Of a DNA stretch of 64,000 nucleotides, positions 1-12,849 are shown piece after piece. The stretch comes from Squalus acanthias (lineage: Eukaryota). Numbering within the stretch: the first letter of the stretch is position 1; every line of letters starts with the position of its first letter. Below the pieces are notes generated by a model, which ran no database searches, had not been told where the DNA came from, and saw only the letters and a list, made by a program, of their open reading frames with translations. The stretch lies in assembly GCA_030390025.1 (NCBI GenBank), contig CM059432.1:104100001-104164000 (forward strand). Direction: 5' to 3'. The translations under genes and the position numbers were made by a program.

Positions 1-134
1 GTTCGACTTTGTGCATTTTGTGTATAATGATTCTATTGGCTATCTCCAAATGTTGCCATTGTTGGCCAACTGATCTCTGCCTTTCATTTTATACCCCTGA
101 TGAACATAAATTAAACTTTAAAAGTTTTTATACA

Positions 135-863
135 ATTCAGAAGAATTCAAAAGCAGTGAAGTTATGTTAAGCTTATAGAGAAGCTTGGTCAGAGAGTTCT
201 ATGCATAGTTTTGGTCTCCAAATTACAAAAAGGTTATAGAAGCATTGGAGAAAGTGAAAAAAAGATTTCCAAGGATGATACCAGGACTAAGAGTACAACT
301 ATCAGAGAAGACTGGGGCTCTTTTCTCTAGAAAAGAGAAGACCGAGAAGTGACCTATAGAGGTCTTTAAAATTATGATGTGGTTCGATGGGATAGGATAG
401 ATGTAGAGAAGATGTTTCTACTTTGGGGGGGGGGGGGGAAAGAGTCCAAAACTAGGGGTCATAAATACAAAAGCAAAATACTGCGAATGCTGGAAACCTG
501 AAATAGAAACATAAAATGCTGGAAATACTCAACAGGTCAGGCAGCATCTGTGGAGAGAGAAACAGAGTTAACGTTTCAGGTTGATGACCTTTCGTCTGCA
601 AGCTAGTCACTAATAAATTCAATAAGGAATTCAGGAGAAACTTCCTTACTCAGTGATAAGAACGTGGAACTTGCTACCACACGGAGTGCTTGAGGCAATT
701 AGCACAGATGTACTTATCTAGTGTCTCCTTAAATGCATGAGGGAGAAAGGAAGAGAGTTGATAGATAAGATGAAGTAAGGTTGGAGGAGGCTCATGTTGA
801 GCGTAAACACCGGCAAAGATCTATTGAGCCAAATGGCCTGTTTCTGTGCTGTGTAATTCTATG
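135..863 (+). mobile_element. Degenerate 3' fragment of a CR1-clade LINE, interrupted by a Penelope-like short element
   Basis: Decayed CR1 RT C-terminal coding sequence homologous to the CR1 copies at 24.3, 40.5 and 43.5 kb. CR1-type tail ...ccaaatggcctgtttctgtgctgtgtaattctatg. Confidence 0.8.
468..598 (-). mobile_element. Short Penelope-like (PLE) pLTR element, family A, with a degraded hammerhead core
   Basis: Homologous to the copies at 12.2, 20.4, 33.9 and 62.9 kb. Minus strand reads CAGACGA-A-AGGTC-ATC-AACCT-GAAA-CG-TT-AACTC. Nested in CR1. Confidence 0.75.
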
Positions 864-2735
864 TATATGCGCCCACCCTGTTGTAACATTTCTACACAAT
901 ACAGGAAGGAGGGTATACCTCCCCAAATGTTTTGGAACCTGAACAGTAGTACCTACTTGATTACTCGGGTAAAAAATACCACCCAGTTTAAAAACCACAC
1001 CAAATACAATTCAAAGCTTTAAGACACCCCATAATTGTGATCCAATCACATTACAAAGCTGTTGACGTTAAAACACAAAATATGTTAATCATTTTGACCT
1101 GACAAGCATAAAGAAACTAATTTTGTTTTGTAAATTAAGTGCTAGTAGACAACTATTTTGTACCTCACATATAACTACTGTAATGTTGAAACAGAACCTA
1201 TTCCTATTTCAGTTGTATTCCTTCCCTAGGCTTCACAGCTTGCAACATTCAGAAACTCTTGCACCAGTTCCATACCCATGCTTGATGAGACCAGGCAAAT
1301 GTGTCAAGTACTTAACCAAACATCAAATTAGGCAGTTTCAGGAAGGAAGTATTCAGTCAAAAAAGCTTGGATGAATTGAGCAGTGTACTTGCATCTGTGA
1401 GGCACGCTCTTGTGATGCAATTGTGTACACAGCATCCTTCAATTTGATCAGGATTAACCATAAGTTTTCTGAATTCTGCTGTTGTGCTATTAAGATTAAG
1501 AGATTTATGAGTGCACGATACAATACTGGTTGATTACAGCTGATGTATTAACATATACTGCTTTTGATTGAATTATCATATGCAACAGGAATAATTTTGT
1601 AAAAATTCATACAATATTGCTATTAGCAATTGTCCACAACTAATTTTATGTATAAATACAGGGTACTTGAGTTTAGTGTACTTTTAATTCATTTTTTAAA
1701 AATAATATCTCAATTCATATAATAGTATATTCCAAATCCAGCAGGTGCAGCTTTTCTCTTTAGATCAGCTCCATTGACAGATGAAACAGCCACTGAACCA
1801 CTGACTGTGAGAAGATGCTTATAACCAACAGGATGGCACTGCACAATTGCAGTATGTTCAGCCTGGCAAGTTAGATGCAGTTGACCTAGTGAGGTAGCAG
1901 GAATGCTTCCACACTTGATTTTCTTTTTTTTTTTACAGTAATTAATTTTTAATTGTAATATTTATGGCATAATGGCATTATATATTCTGCTGAAAGAAAT
2001 GCAAATTAAGACATTATTTAAATTGTGAGCAACTTGAGGCATAAAAAGTTTTTTGGTACCACTGCCTTTTTGGTACCGGTTTCCATGGCTCAAAGCTTAG
2101 ATGTAATGCACACGTCTTTCAACAATTTGCAGACTGGAGTGAAATTAGATAAGAATGGCTTGTCTGTTAACGATTTAATCTAGTCTACTGTAGTGTTTCA
2201 GGAGAACTGATAGCATTGGTTGATTTGAACTGTTTAATTATTTCCGAAAACCTGCTATTTACATTGAATACTCCGGTAATACAAGTTATGGTGGCATTTC
2301 TAAGTTTGGCACACATTAGGAAAATAGAACTCGATCAATGTATGTGAATGTCCACATCACTATAGTATTTAAGTTGTTTAATGTTTATGATCTGATGCTA
2401 TTCAAGATTGCTTTGGTGTGCAGAAAAAACTAAAAGCAGCACAAACTGTAAATGAAGAAAACAAATAATAAAACTACAGCACACAGATCCAGAGCGATCA
2501 CAGGCTTTTCAATGCAATAGGATAGGTTTCTCATGGTTCATAAAATCACTTTTAAAATAGTCAATACAAACAAATTGCATTATATCACTAAACAATTCTG
2601 GCTGCAATTTCTGAATGAACATAAATGCTGTGTAAAAGGGTGGTTCCAGAATAGTTAGTTAAATAGATTTTGATTCAGTGCTAAGTTTTGGGTAGTGACA
2701 AGTTTTCTTTAACTTTTCCCTGTGGACAAACTTAC

Positions 2736-2835
2736 CCTTCAGGAGTGAAATCTTTCTCCTTACAAACTTCCATTAATTTTGGAGTCAGTCTGTATGCCTT
2801 CAGCGAAAGAGAGCCCTGCGCAGTTTTAATGGGAT
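2736..2835 (-). CDS. EIF3H: EIF3H internal coding exon, equivalent to human exon 4
   Basis: Splices in frame to the previous exon (TAT G|AT) to give [34 protein letters not shown]. Acceptor is tttccAG (2837-2836) and donor GTaagt (2735-2734). 100 bp. Confidence 0.97.
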
Positions 2836-3065
2836 CTGGAAACATAAAGGAGAGAAAGAGAGTAAGTTAATTCTTAAAACCACACACATTCTGCAAAGCA
2901 ATAAATAACCACTCAAATGATGTCATGCCATTCAACTGTAGAAAGGTTACCATCATCGTGCCCGTTAGATTGATCTTAAACAGGAATACATTTCTCTACT
3001 TACAGGAGACCCGGCAAACAGATATGAAAAATGAACTAGGGTGACCCTGTATTTATAGGCGAGAG

Positions 3066-3225
3066 AAATGTTCCCTTTAATTTCTTTTTGGGCTGTGTGG
3101 CCCCTTTAACAGGCTGCACGGCCCATTCCAAATTCTGCGCATGTGCAATTTTTCTATTTAAAAGCCGGTGAGCCGACTTTGAGAGTTCCAGATTGCTGCG
3201 CGGCCATAGCTTAAAGGGAACATTG
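3066..3225. mobile_element. hAT-type MITE, 160 bp
   Basis: TIRs aatgttccctttaa / ttaaagggaacatt(g). Perfect 8-bp TSD ggcgagag at 3058-3065 and 3226-3233. Second copy at 19885-20047. Confidence 0.9.
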
Positions 3226-3373
3226 GGCGAGAGGACTATTTACAGGCATTTGGAGCTGCATCTAAAACTGTTTTCTACAGTGTGCACGGAACAGAGCAGT
3301 TAATTTTATGTTTGGATATCACATACAAAGGAGGACAAGCGGTTGCCCAACATTTTTCTGTAGACCTGCTACC

Positions 3374-3590
3374 GGGAACGGTAGCATAGGGGATATATTA
3401 CTGACTAGTAATCCAGAAGCCTGGACTAATCATCCTGAGATGAGAGTTCAAATCCCACCACGTTAATTAAATAAATCTGTAACAAAAAATAGTGACCATG
3501 TAACTACTGTAAAAATCCATCTGGTTCACTAATGTCTTAGGGAAGGAAATCTGCCGTCCTTGCCTGGTCTGGCCTATATGTGACTCCAGA
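3374..3590 (+). mobile_element. HE1-like tRNA-derived SINE (5' part)
   Basis: B-box gagttcaaatccc and body ctggttcactaatgtc..agggaaggaaatctgccgtcctt..ctggtctggcctatatgtgactccaga match the recalled elasmobranch HE1 consensus. Homologous to 20245-20795 (minus strand). Confidence 0.75.
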
Positions 3591-5431
3591 TGTACCTAAA
3601 AATGAGATGCCAACCTGGTGAAGCTATAACATGCATGCTAAACAGCAGAAGCAGCATGCTACAGACAGAGCTAAACGATCCCACAACCAACAGATCAGAT
3701 CAAAGCTCTGCAGTCCTGCCACACCTAGTCATGAATGGTAGTGGACAATTAAACAACTAATGGGAGGAGGAGGTTCCATGAACATCTCCATCCTCAATCC
3801 TCAGTGTAAAAGACAAGGCTGATGCATTTACAACCAGTTTCAGCCAGAAGTGCCATGTGGATGATCCATCTCGGCCTCCTCCTGAGGTCCCCACCATCAC
3901 AGAAGCCAGTCTTCAGCCAATTCGATTCACTCCACGTGATATCAAGAAATGGCTGACGCACTGGATACAGCAAAGGCTATCGACCCCGACAACATCCTGG
4001 CTGTAGTGAAGACTTGTGCTCCAGAACTAGTTGCGCCTCTAGCCAAGCTATTCCAGTACAGCTACAACACTGGCATCTACCCGACAAAGTGGAAAATTGC
4101 CCAGGTATGCCCAGACCAAAAAAACCAGGACAAATCCAATCTGGCCAATTACAGCCCCATCAGCCTACTCTCAATCATCACCAAAGTGATGGAAGGTGTC
4201 GTTGACAGTGCTATCAAGCGGCACTTACTCACTGATAACCTGCTCACCGATGCTCAGTTTGGGTTCCGCCAGGACCTCTCGGCTCCAGACCTCATTACAG
4301 CCTTGGTACAAACAGAGGTGAGGGGAGAGTGACTGCCATTGACATCAAGGCAGCATTTGACCGAGGATTGCATCAAGGAGCCCAAGTAAAATAGAAGTTA
4401 ATTGGAATCGGGGGGAAACTCTTCACTGGCTAGAGTCACAGCTAGCACAAAACAAGATGGTAGTGGTTGTTGCAGCCCAATCATCTCAGCCCCAGGATAT
4501 CGCTGCAATATGGGGATGTTCGCCAATGACTGCAGAGTGTTTAGTTCAGTTCGCAACTGCTCAGATAATAAAGCAATAAATGCTAACCATGCCAGCGGCA
4601 CCCGCATATCATGAATTAATTTTTAAAAAGCAGCCCGGGCCCGCATGCAGCAAGACATGGACAATATTCAGGTTTGGGCTAATAAATGGCAAGTAACATT
4701 CACGCCACACAAGTGTTAGGCAATGACCATCTCCAACAAGAGTCAACCACCTCCCCTTGACATTCAATGCGATTACCATCGTCAAATCCCCCCCCCCACC
4801 ATCATCAACATCCTGGAGGTCACCATTGACCAGAAACTTAACTGGAGCAGCCACATAAATACTGTGGCTACAAGAGCAGGTCTGAAGCTAGGTATTCTGT
4901 GGCGAGTGGCTCGCCTCCTGATTCCCCAAAGCCTTTCCACCATCTAGAAGGCACAAGTGTGATGGAATACTCTCCACTTGATTGGCACCCTTGACACCAT
5001 TCAGGACAGAGCAGCCCACTTGATTGGCACCCTATCTACCACCTTAAACATTCACTCCCTCCACCACCAGAGTACCGTGGCTGCAGTGTATACCATCTAC
5101 ATGATGCACTGCAGCAACTCGCCAAGGTTTCTTCAGCAACACCTTCCAAACCGGCAACCTCTTCCACCTAGGACAAGGGCAGCAGGCGCATGGGAACACC
5201 ACCATCTCCAAGTTCCCCTCCAAGTCACACACCATCCTGACTTGGAAATAGTTCGCCGTTCCTTCATCGTTGCTGGGTCAAAATCCTGGAACTCCCCAAG
5301 TACCTTCACCACACAGACTGCAGCGGTTCAAGAAAACGGCTCACCACCACCTTCTCAAGGGCAATTAGGGATGGGTAATAAACGCTGGCCTTGCCAGCGA
5401 CGCCACATCCCATGAATTAATTTTTTAAAAG
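3591..5431 (+). mobile_element. HER1-like (CR1-clade) LINE, 5'-truncated, disrupted RT
   Basis: ORF pieces carry RT motifs (NYSPISLLSIITKVMEGVV, QFGFRQ, GMFANDC). The 3' tail caccaccaccttctcaagggcaattagggatggg...gccagcgacgccacatcccatgaa is shared with HE1-type SINEs. Confidence 0.85.
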
Positions 5432-7155
5432 CTGCACATAAGGAATCCATAACTTGATACAGTGACTCCCCTATACTTGGTGGGAAAAATAAACTTCCAT
5501 CCATACGGAGAACTCTTGCACTGATGGAGTGAGCCGTTTTGGCTTACTGATAGAATACTAAATATCCAAGGGTTCTCGTTCATATTCCTGGTCAGATAAG
5601 TCAAACTCCAGAAAGGGAAAGCTATGAGTTGGTGCAGAGAACCTGATTCTGAAGCCATCTATGATGTGGGGGGAAATGGAAAACTTCTTCTGAACAGTGT
5701 GGGGCACATTGTTGGGGCAGAATAAAGAGAGCTTTACGTTATATTTAATTATACTAAACCAGACAGACCTGGGAATGCTTAAAGATGACAGTGCCCAAAA
5801 AAATTAAAAATAGGAAGTATCCAGCAGTACCAAAAATTCACAACGAATATATTATCTACAATGATCTTCCAAGTGACAAATTTGTCTTTAGTCCAATCAG
5901 CATTATGCACCATTCTCTGGATAAGAAGAGTGGACAGATAACCTACAGGGAAAGGACAATCTGTGGCAACTCCAGTTTCCCTACCTTGGTATTTAATCAA
6001 AATGCATGGTGTGGGAAATCGCTGCACCTATTGTTCCATGGCGAACTGCACTGGCATATTAATGCACTCTGCCACCGCACTGCCATGTGTAGATTTAAAT
6101 CATGTATGATACACCCAATCTGAAGATTGTAAATCTAAATGCTTACAGTGAAATATATTTATCTTGGGTTCATTATCAATTTATTTAATGTAATCTCAGT
6201 TTCTTGGAGATTAAATCGGTTAAGCTTTCTTCTGATAAAATGGAGTTGGGTTTATTGGCATTTCTATTGCAACATTTTCACGGTACATATGTTTTACTTC
6301 CACATTAATTATATTTACTAAACTTGGGAGTAACCATGCAAAAGTATTTTCAAACAAATGGAAAACTGAACAGAAAGAGAAATACAAAACAAACTCCTAC
6401 ATACAAGTGAAGATGTAGGACAGAAAATTTAATACAAGTGGAAAATTCAAGAGGAAATGTTAAAAAAAATGACACAGAATTTCCAATGAATAAAGTATAT
6501 TTTAACAGCTTTTCTACTGTAATCCGATTGTTAACATACTGAAACAATTTTTGTGCTACCCAAAGATTAATCGTGTTCATTAGTATTTTTTCTGACAGAT
6601 ATTCAGGATGTAACATTTACTTCTCGGTTGGAAACTTTGTAACAGCCTGCCAGCTATGGCAAATAGTGAGCTTGGGGAAGGCAATAAAGATGTTTTACCT
6701 ACAGCTATGATACTGCACAGAACATCTGGTTTAGTGAGTAAAGGAAACGCCACTAAATGGGCAGAAAGAAGAAAATCTTTGTGCTAGGAACAGTCTACGT
6801 TTTGTGAGCGCCTGTCAGAGGCGAAATCTGGCAAAATGTGTCATAACTGTAAGGTCACGTACTGAGCCAGACTCAAGCAATCAGTTTTTGTTAGACATCT
6901 GGTCCCGTTCCACCCGCCATCAACAAGGGGGAAGAGGAATGAAAAAAAATGAAGCAGCAACTTCAGCATTCCAGAATGTACACATCAGGGCTCTGATAGC
7001 AAGAAAAATAAACAGAAAGAAGGAAACCCTGTCTAGACTGAGCTGCTGCTGGGGCTGAGGCAGACACTGGGCTGGTATTTACTGAGAGGGGCTGCCAGGC
7101 AGCATTGCCAGGTAAACAGTGCAGGAGAAGAAATGAATAGGAAAACGTCACTGAC

Positions 7156-7323
7156 CATAGATGAGGACCACAGACTCTTCAATTGCATGTTGGTAACTAA
7201 ACTGGGAGTCCAACAGGGCTCGGCTGACGAAAGAACCATAGTAAGTTGACTGGTACCAGCCGACATGGAGGTGGTCAATGTTAACGTGACGCAAGCTTCT
7301 CATCATTTCCATTTGGTAATGAA
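7156..7323 (-). CDS. EIF3H: EIF3H (eIF3 subunit h) internal coding exon, equivalent to human exon 3 (MPN domain)
   Basis: Translates to (V)[55 protein letters not shown], nearly identical to vertebrate eIF3h as I recall it. Acceptor is ...ttttgcAG (7325-7324) and donor GTcagt (7155-7154). 168 bp, phase 1-1. Confidence 0.97.
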
Positions 7324-10300
7324 CTGCAAAAAAAAAGGAAACCATTACTTTTCAATTTTTAAAAGTTAATTTTTACAGTCTAAGCTACAGGTTATAATCA
7401 AGTTTGAACTGTTGATACATTTTATGATTTAGAAGACACTTTGCTCTAATAAAGTTCACCGCTGAAATAAAAAATTAAACACTGTTCTCAACTATCAACT
7501 CTTATCTCAGTGTAGAAGGGAGTACTACCCTTATATATCTGCCATTAAAACCTACTGGTTTTAAAGCTACCATTTAATAATTATTCCCCAGTTCGGCCTA
7601 TAAGTTATTGCTTTTATGTAGGCACATGCAATACTGAAGTACTGTGATGTGGAGGAGTAGAAAAGAGGATTTAAACTAACTGAATTCACTAGCTACCCTT
7701 CAGTTTTTTTATAGCTTCCATTTAAATACTTTGTGATTTATTTAAGCTTGTTCTATATGTTAACTGTGGTTTCCATTGTGTGATATTACCCTTCAGTATA
7801 AAAGGTATTCAAACCCTCAAATTTTTAACACTAAAATCCCTAAGACTAGAAAATATTAATGTTGTATAGAACATTTAAATTGGTCCTGAAGATGGCTGAA
7901 ATTGTGGAACAAAGTTAAAGCATTTTCATCCACCATTAAAATCTATAAGAGATACTCATGAGGCACAAGTTAATTATTTTAACTATCCCTCCAGAAAATC
8001 CACTTCTAGTCAGAGATTATAAGATTCAAGTACATTATTATGATGCATGTGGAAACTGTTGTGTGAAATATCACTTATTCTAACTATAGTTTAACAGAAT
8101 TACAATTCTGGATAATCAACAACTATTACAGATAATGGGGAACAGGCAGCATGCAATAATATAATTTAGCTCCATGTACTTTGACCTATGCAGAATTTTT
8201 AATAAAAAATTTGAAAAGCCTGCACGCATCGCCGTTAGACATTTAAGTATTAGCAATGATTATCCAACATGGCAAGAGGCTTTCATAAATCTCTAACTTA
8301 TTTCACAGTGATAGAGACCACCAAAAAAACCCATCTCAATTCTATCCCATTTCCTTAAAATATTGTTTACAGAAAGTCTAAAATGCTTAACACCACAAGC
8401 AAAACGGCCAGCCACACCCCAGACATTAAAATTACACAAGGCTGCTGACTCAAAGATGACCATCAAACTTGACTACTACTTAAATCTCAAAATAATCTTC
8501 TGTTGCTTCCTCCAACTGGAAATGTGCCTGGTGGCTTATAAACATCCCAAATAACCAGAGGATTTAAAGTTACAAAACAAAAAATTTACTATTCCATAGA
8601 TCTGAAAAACGCTACTACCATGAAGCATCCACCAGGCTTGCCCTAAAATTACAGAATGCAAGATTTCAATCAACATTGCCGTTGGTCTTGATTGACGTGA
8701 AAAAAGTTAAATATGAGAATGTTTATTAATCGTTTTTCATTATTGAAGCACTGTTTAATTTTTTTTTTTAAAAACACAGGACAGTCATACCCTAAGAGTC
8801 CACCAAAACTGTAACTTCAATCAAAATGGCTGTGAATTTCATCCCAATTATATTTTCAACTATTTTTGATAGTAAACAGCACCTTACTACAGCAATGAAG
8901 GTTACCTGTATACGCATATATTGATAAGTTGTCATTGAATTCTGACGGGTAAAATTTAAATGGTTTTAAAATTGGCTGGTCAGTTGACAATTGTTTTTGA
9001 TACATTATTCGCCTTTTATGATCTTGGTTTTTAAACCATGCTCCTTCCTGCAAGTAAAGCTGTTCTTTAAAATGTACAGCTTTGTTTCACCTGCAAAAAG
9101 CAGCATGGTTAAATAATGGGTACAGGTTATAGACCAATTTTACCCATCTTAAAAGAACATTGTTAAGAATTACCCTCTTTGATTTAAAAGTGCAAGACCC
9201 AGATTGGGGGCGAGAGGTTACTAAAAAATTAAAAATCTTTAAGATATATTTTTAAAGGTCAGAAATGATGGCCAGAGAGGAAATTTCTGCCACTTAGCAT
9301 ATGGGGCTTTAACGGGGAATATTGGGATATGGAGAAAGTGACTCAGGTACTAGGGAAATGTGGCCCAAATTCTAAATATCCCCATAGTTTTCACTCCAAA
9401 GATTTAGAGGCCTTTCACCAACAATGGTCATCAGGACCACAGGGGAAAAAATCTCATATCTTTTCAACTTGACCTCATTTTGAAGTTTAGTCTCACTTTA
9501 CTTTTTAATACATCATCCACATTTAACAATTGATGATCAATCAAGACAGAAATTTAGTTATATGTTTTGTTACAGTAATTACTCATTGAAAAAAAAATTC
9601 TGCCTATATTAAAGAAAAAACATCCAGCTTAAAAAAATAATTCAATATACAATGTAAAGTACTGCAATAGTACAACCTTCCCCCGCACACACAGAAACCT
9701 TCTGAAAACATGTTTTGACATTTAAGATAAATTTGCCCTGCTTTCACCCTTTCCGAATAAGAGTGTTTTTGTGGCAACATCCAACCCACACCACTAAAAC
9801 TAGCCATCATTTGTGCATTTAAATCATTTCCCAGGTTGGGTCCCATTTTTGCTGCTTGTGATCATTCAAGCAAAATCAAATCCTCGTAGCAATGTAGTCA
9901 ATGATTGACAGCTTTACAAGTTGAATGGTCTTTGAACCTTTGAGAAATGCGTTAACATTTCTCCATCAAAATGGAAAAAAACACATTTTCAAGTCTTATT
10001 AAAAGCACTTCTGTAATCCTGCTTTATAACAATTAAAATTTGAAATAATTTTTGCTAGAATGCAAAATTCACAGATGGGAAAGTGATTCAGTACTCCGAA
10101 AGGGTTAAATTCTGAAGAGCACATGCTATCAGTGGGAGGTGCTAGCTACTCCCCACAGGGAGGAAAGTCAATCACAGGGTTATCATTAATCATGTTTAGA
10201 GGATTGATACTAATATACTACAGAAGAACATAAAATTACTTGATGCCAAATATCCTAATGTAGCCACCAGTGATGCAATACTGACCCCTGTGCACAGGTG

Positions 10301-12226
10301 TTGTATTACTTGATGCTTTTAAATTTTTGAGCAACAATTTCTATCTGTTGACCAAAAATACAACGTATGATGCTATTCAAACGATAGCTCAACAGTTTTA
10401 CACTTGTTCAGCTTCCACGTCATTAAAAAAAATCTTTATAAACTGATTTAACTTGTGACTGGCTCTTGATTTTTAATCTACCACTGTGTGGCCTGCGTTT
10501 CCTCACTCAACCCTCACACCACACTTCTCACCCTCAACCCTATATTCTGTAACTTGTCAGCACACATGAACAGCAAAGAACTGGAATCATCAAGCTACAA
10601 TGGGATGGTTAGGCAGAATGTCCTGGTACATAGCAACAGTAGTGAAGAGTGGGAAAGCAGTCAGGAACAGAGTAAAGGAGATTGATGAGAAAAGCCAGAA
10701 GTAGGCTGCAGCAGCTTTTACTTCTATGGGTCGAGTTCCATTTTCCAGTTCTTCCCCCTGAACAGGCTCATATTGCAAGGGAACAGCTCTGTTTCCTAAA
10801 CTCTGGCCAAGACTGCTGACAAAGCACCATTATAGCTACAATTTCGAAAATGCAGAAGCTCGTTAGCAACATGATGGAGTCATATAGCAAAGTGATAAGA
10901 CGTGGCATCAAATCTGCAATTCCCCAAATGGTGAGTTACTAATTATGGCATGCCAAAAGGGAGGTGCTAGCCACTTCCCACAGGGAGGAAAATCAATCAC
11001 AGGGCTTTCATTAATCTCGTTTAGACTATTGATGCCAATATGCTGCAGGGGAAAATAAAAATCACTTTTGAGCCAATACCCCAATGTAGCATTACACTTG
11101 TGTGATACTCTGAATTCATCATCTCAAATTGCCACGATAATGACCAGACCTGTAATCACCAGCACTTCATTCTTGTGTTAAAACAGCTGAAATTGTGCAC
11201 TACAGATTCACACCAAGTTTATATGGGAAAAAGGGTGTTTGTCCTCAATTAATGTGGACGAAAACAAAAATTTCACATGCTCATTAAGCTTTAGTGAAAT
11301 CTTAGTGCCAGCATTGGAGTCGGTGAGTCATTCTGGCTGCTTTCAACCACCTTCCAGCAGCTTGATAAAAAGTAGATAAATGAGGAAGTAAAGCAACTGC
11401 AAAAATGTTTTTCAGCTTTATCTGAAATTTTGGATACATTCTGGGGGTGGAGAGCTGGGATATTATAATTCACATGCCTGGAAGTTAGATTCAATTGAAC
11501 TCAACCAACAAAATTATAACGGCCTCAAAGAAATAAAAACTCAAAGTTCTCTTTGTTCCTTGCTGTGCCAAGAGACAGTCACGCTTATTAAAATATTTTA
11601 AAACAGTCTATACCAGTTGGCAAGTACCATTGTAATGCTTTACACTTATAGTTTTAGGGCACTGCAGCTTTACTATACTTTCAAATATGTAATCAAAAAC
11701 ATTCAAATATTTTCATCCGGTCAGGAAAAGGATTAGCTGTCTCTCGTGCCCAATGAATACAATTGTGAGAAGAGAATAGTTTCACAAAATTAGAAAACTC
11801 AACTCTTAATTTTCAGTTAATTTTTAAACGTTTGGAAATAAGAGCAAATACATCTAAAACTCAATGATTTAGGGTGCAGATATCCTGACACTTTCATGTT
11901 GTTTGGAAGTGGTTTCAGCTGCATATTGATATGAAGATAACAACATAACTGAGCATGCTTGCAACCTGGCACTCTAAAGCAATACAGCAAGAGATGCAAG
12001 ACCATCTCCAGTAGATAGTCTCACATCAATTGGAATTCACTCCAAGTGCAGTGCAACTCCACTGGACCTCCTAGAACCTTACACACTTACTTTTCAATCT
12101 GTGCAATATTATGAAAAGGGGAACACTCCCTTCTAATCTCTCCTGATTTAAAAAAATTAACCACTCTAGGAGCGGAGCTGTGCACGTGTACAACTATACA
12201 TACACGTGCAGAGCTCTTTTATCTCA

Positions 12227-12592
12227 GAAATAAAAACAGAAAATGCTGGAAATACTCAGCAGGTCAGGCAGCATCTGTGGAGAGAGAAACAACGTCGAAG
12301 GTCTTCAGGTCGAAGACCTTTCAGCAGAACTAGCAAAGGTTAGCGATGCAACAGGTTTTAAGCAAGTACAGAAACAGGGGAAGGAGAAGAACGAACAAAA
12401 TGGAAGGTCTGTGATAGGGTCGAAGGCAGGAGAGATTAAATGACAAAAGGGATGATCATACAAGGTAAAAGTGGGTGGTAAGGGATGAATAAAGAAACAA
12501 AAGATGGGTTTAGAGGAGCTGTAAATTGCAACAGCAGAACCATTACCAGCAACTGCTGTCTGGAAAAAATGGGAGCAATGGATATGATAACC
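12227..12592 (-). mobile_element. Longer PLE family A fragment (pLTR plus upstream pyrimidine-rich region)
   Basis: 12227-12335 is homologous to family A. The hammerhead region is rearranged into gaaggtcttc-aggtc-gaagaccttt, followed by about 260 bp of further element-like sequence. Confidence 0.65.
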
Positions 12593-12849
12593 ATGATAGC
12601 CAGAAGAGAGATAAAATCTGAGACACACAGCCTCATTAAAATATTTAAATGAGGGACCCGCCTCCTGGAAGCAGGTTGGTCGTTTTCCCCCAGTTCTGCC
12701 GCTGTTAAAACTAAAAGTGGGCGGGTTCGGGTTTGAAATTTTTAAAATTTTAACTTCCCCACCCAACCACACCCATTTTTGGGGGTTAAATTACCCACAC
12801 CCCGTGTCAAAATTAAGTACTCGTGGATCAGGTACGACTTAAGACTGCA

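Noticed and set aside
5779..6027. Possible extra EIF3H exon (acceptor-like tcctttccctgtag at ~5943)
   Set aside because: No recognisable eIF3h or other protein similarity, no convincing donor, and the flanking exons already join in frame.
10134..11097. H/ACA snoRNA pair hosted by EIF3H
   Set aside because: Stems pair better on the strand antisense to EIF3H, and H/ACA boxes are not shared by both copies. Kept only as an unexplained duplication.
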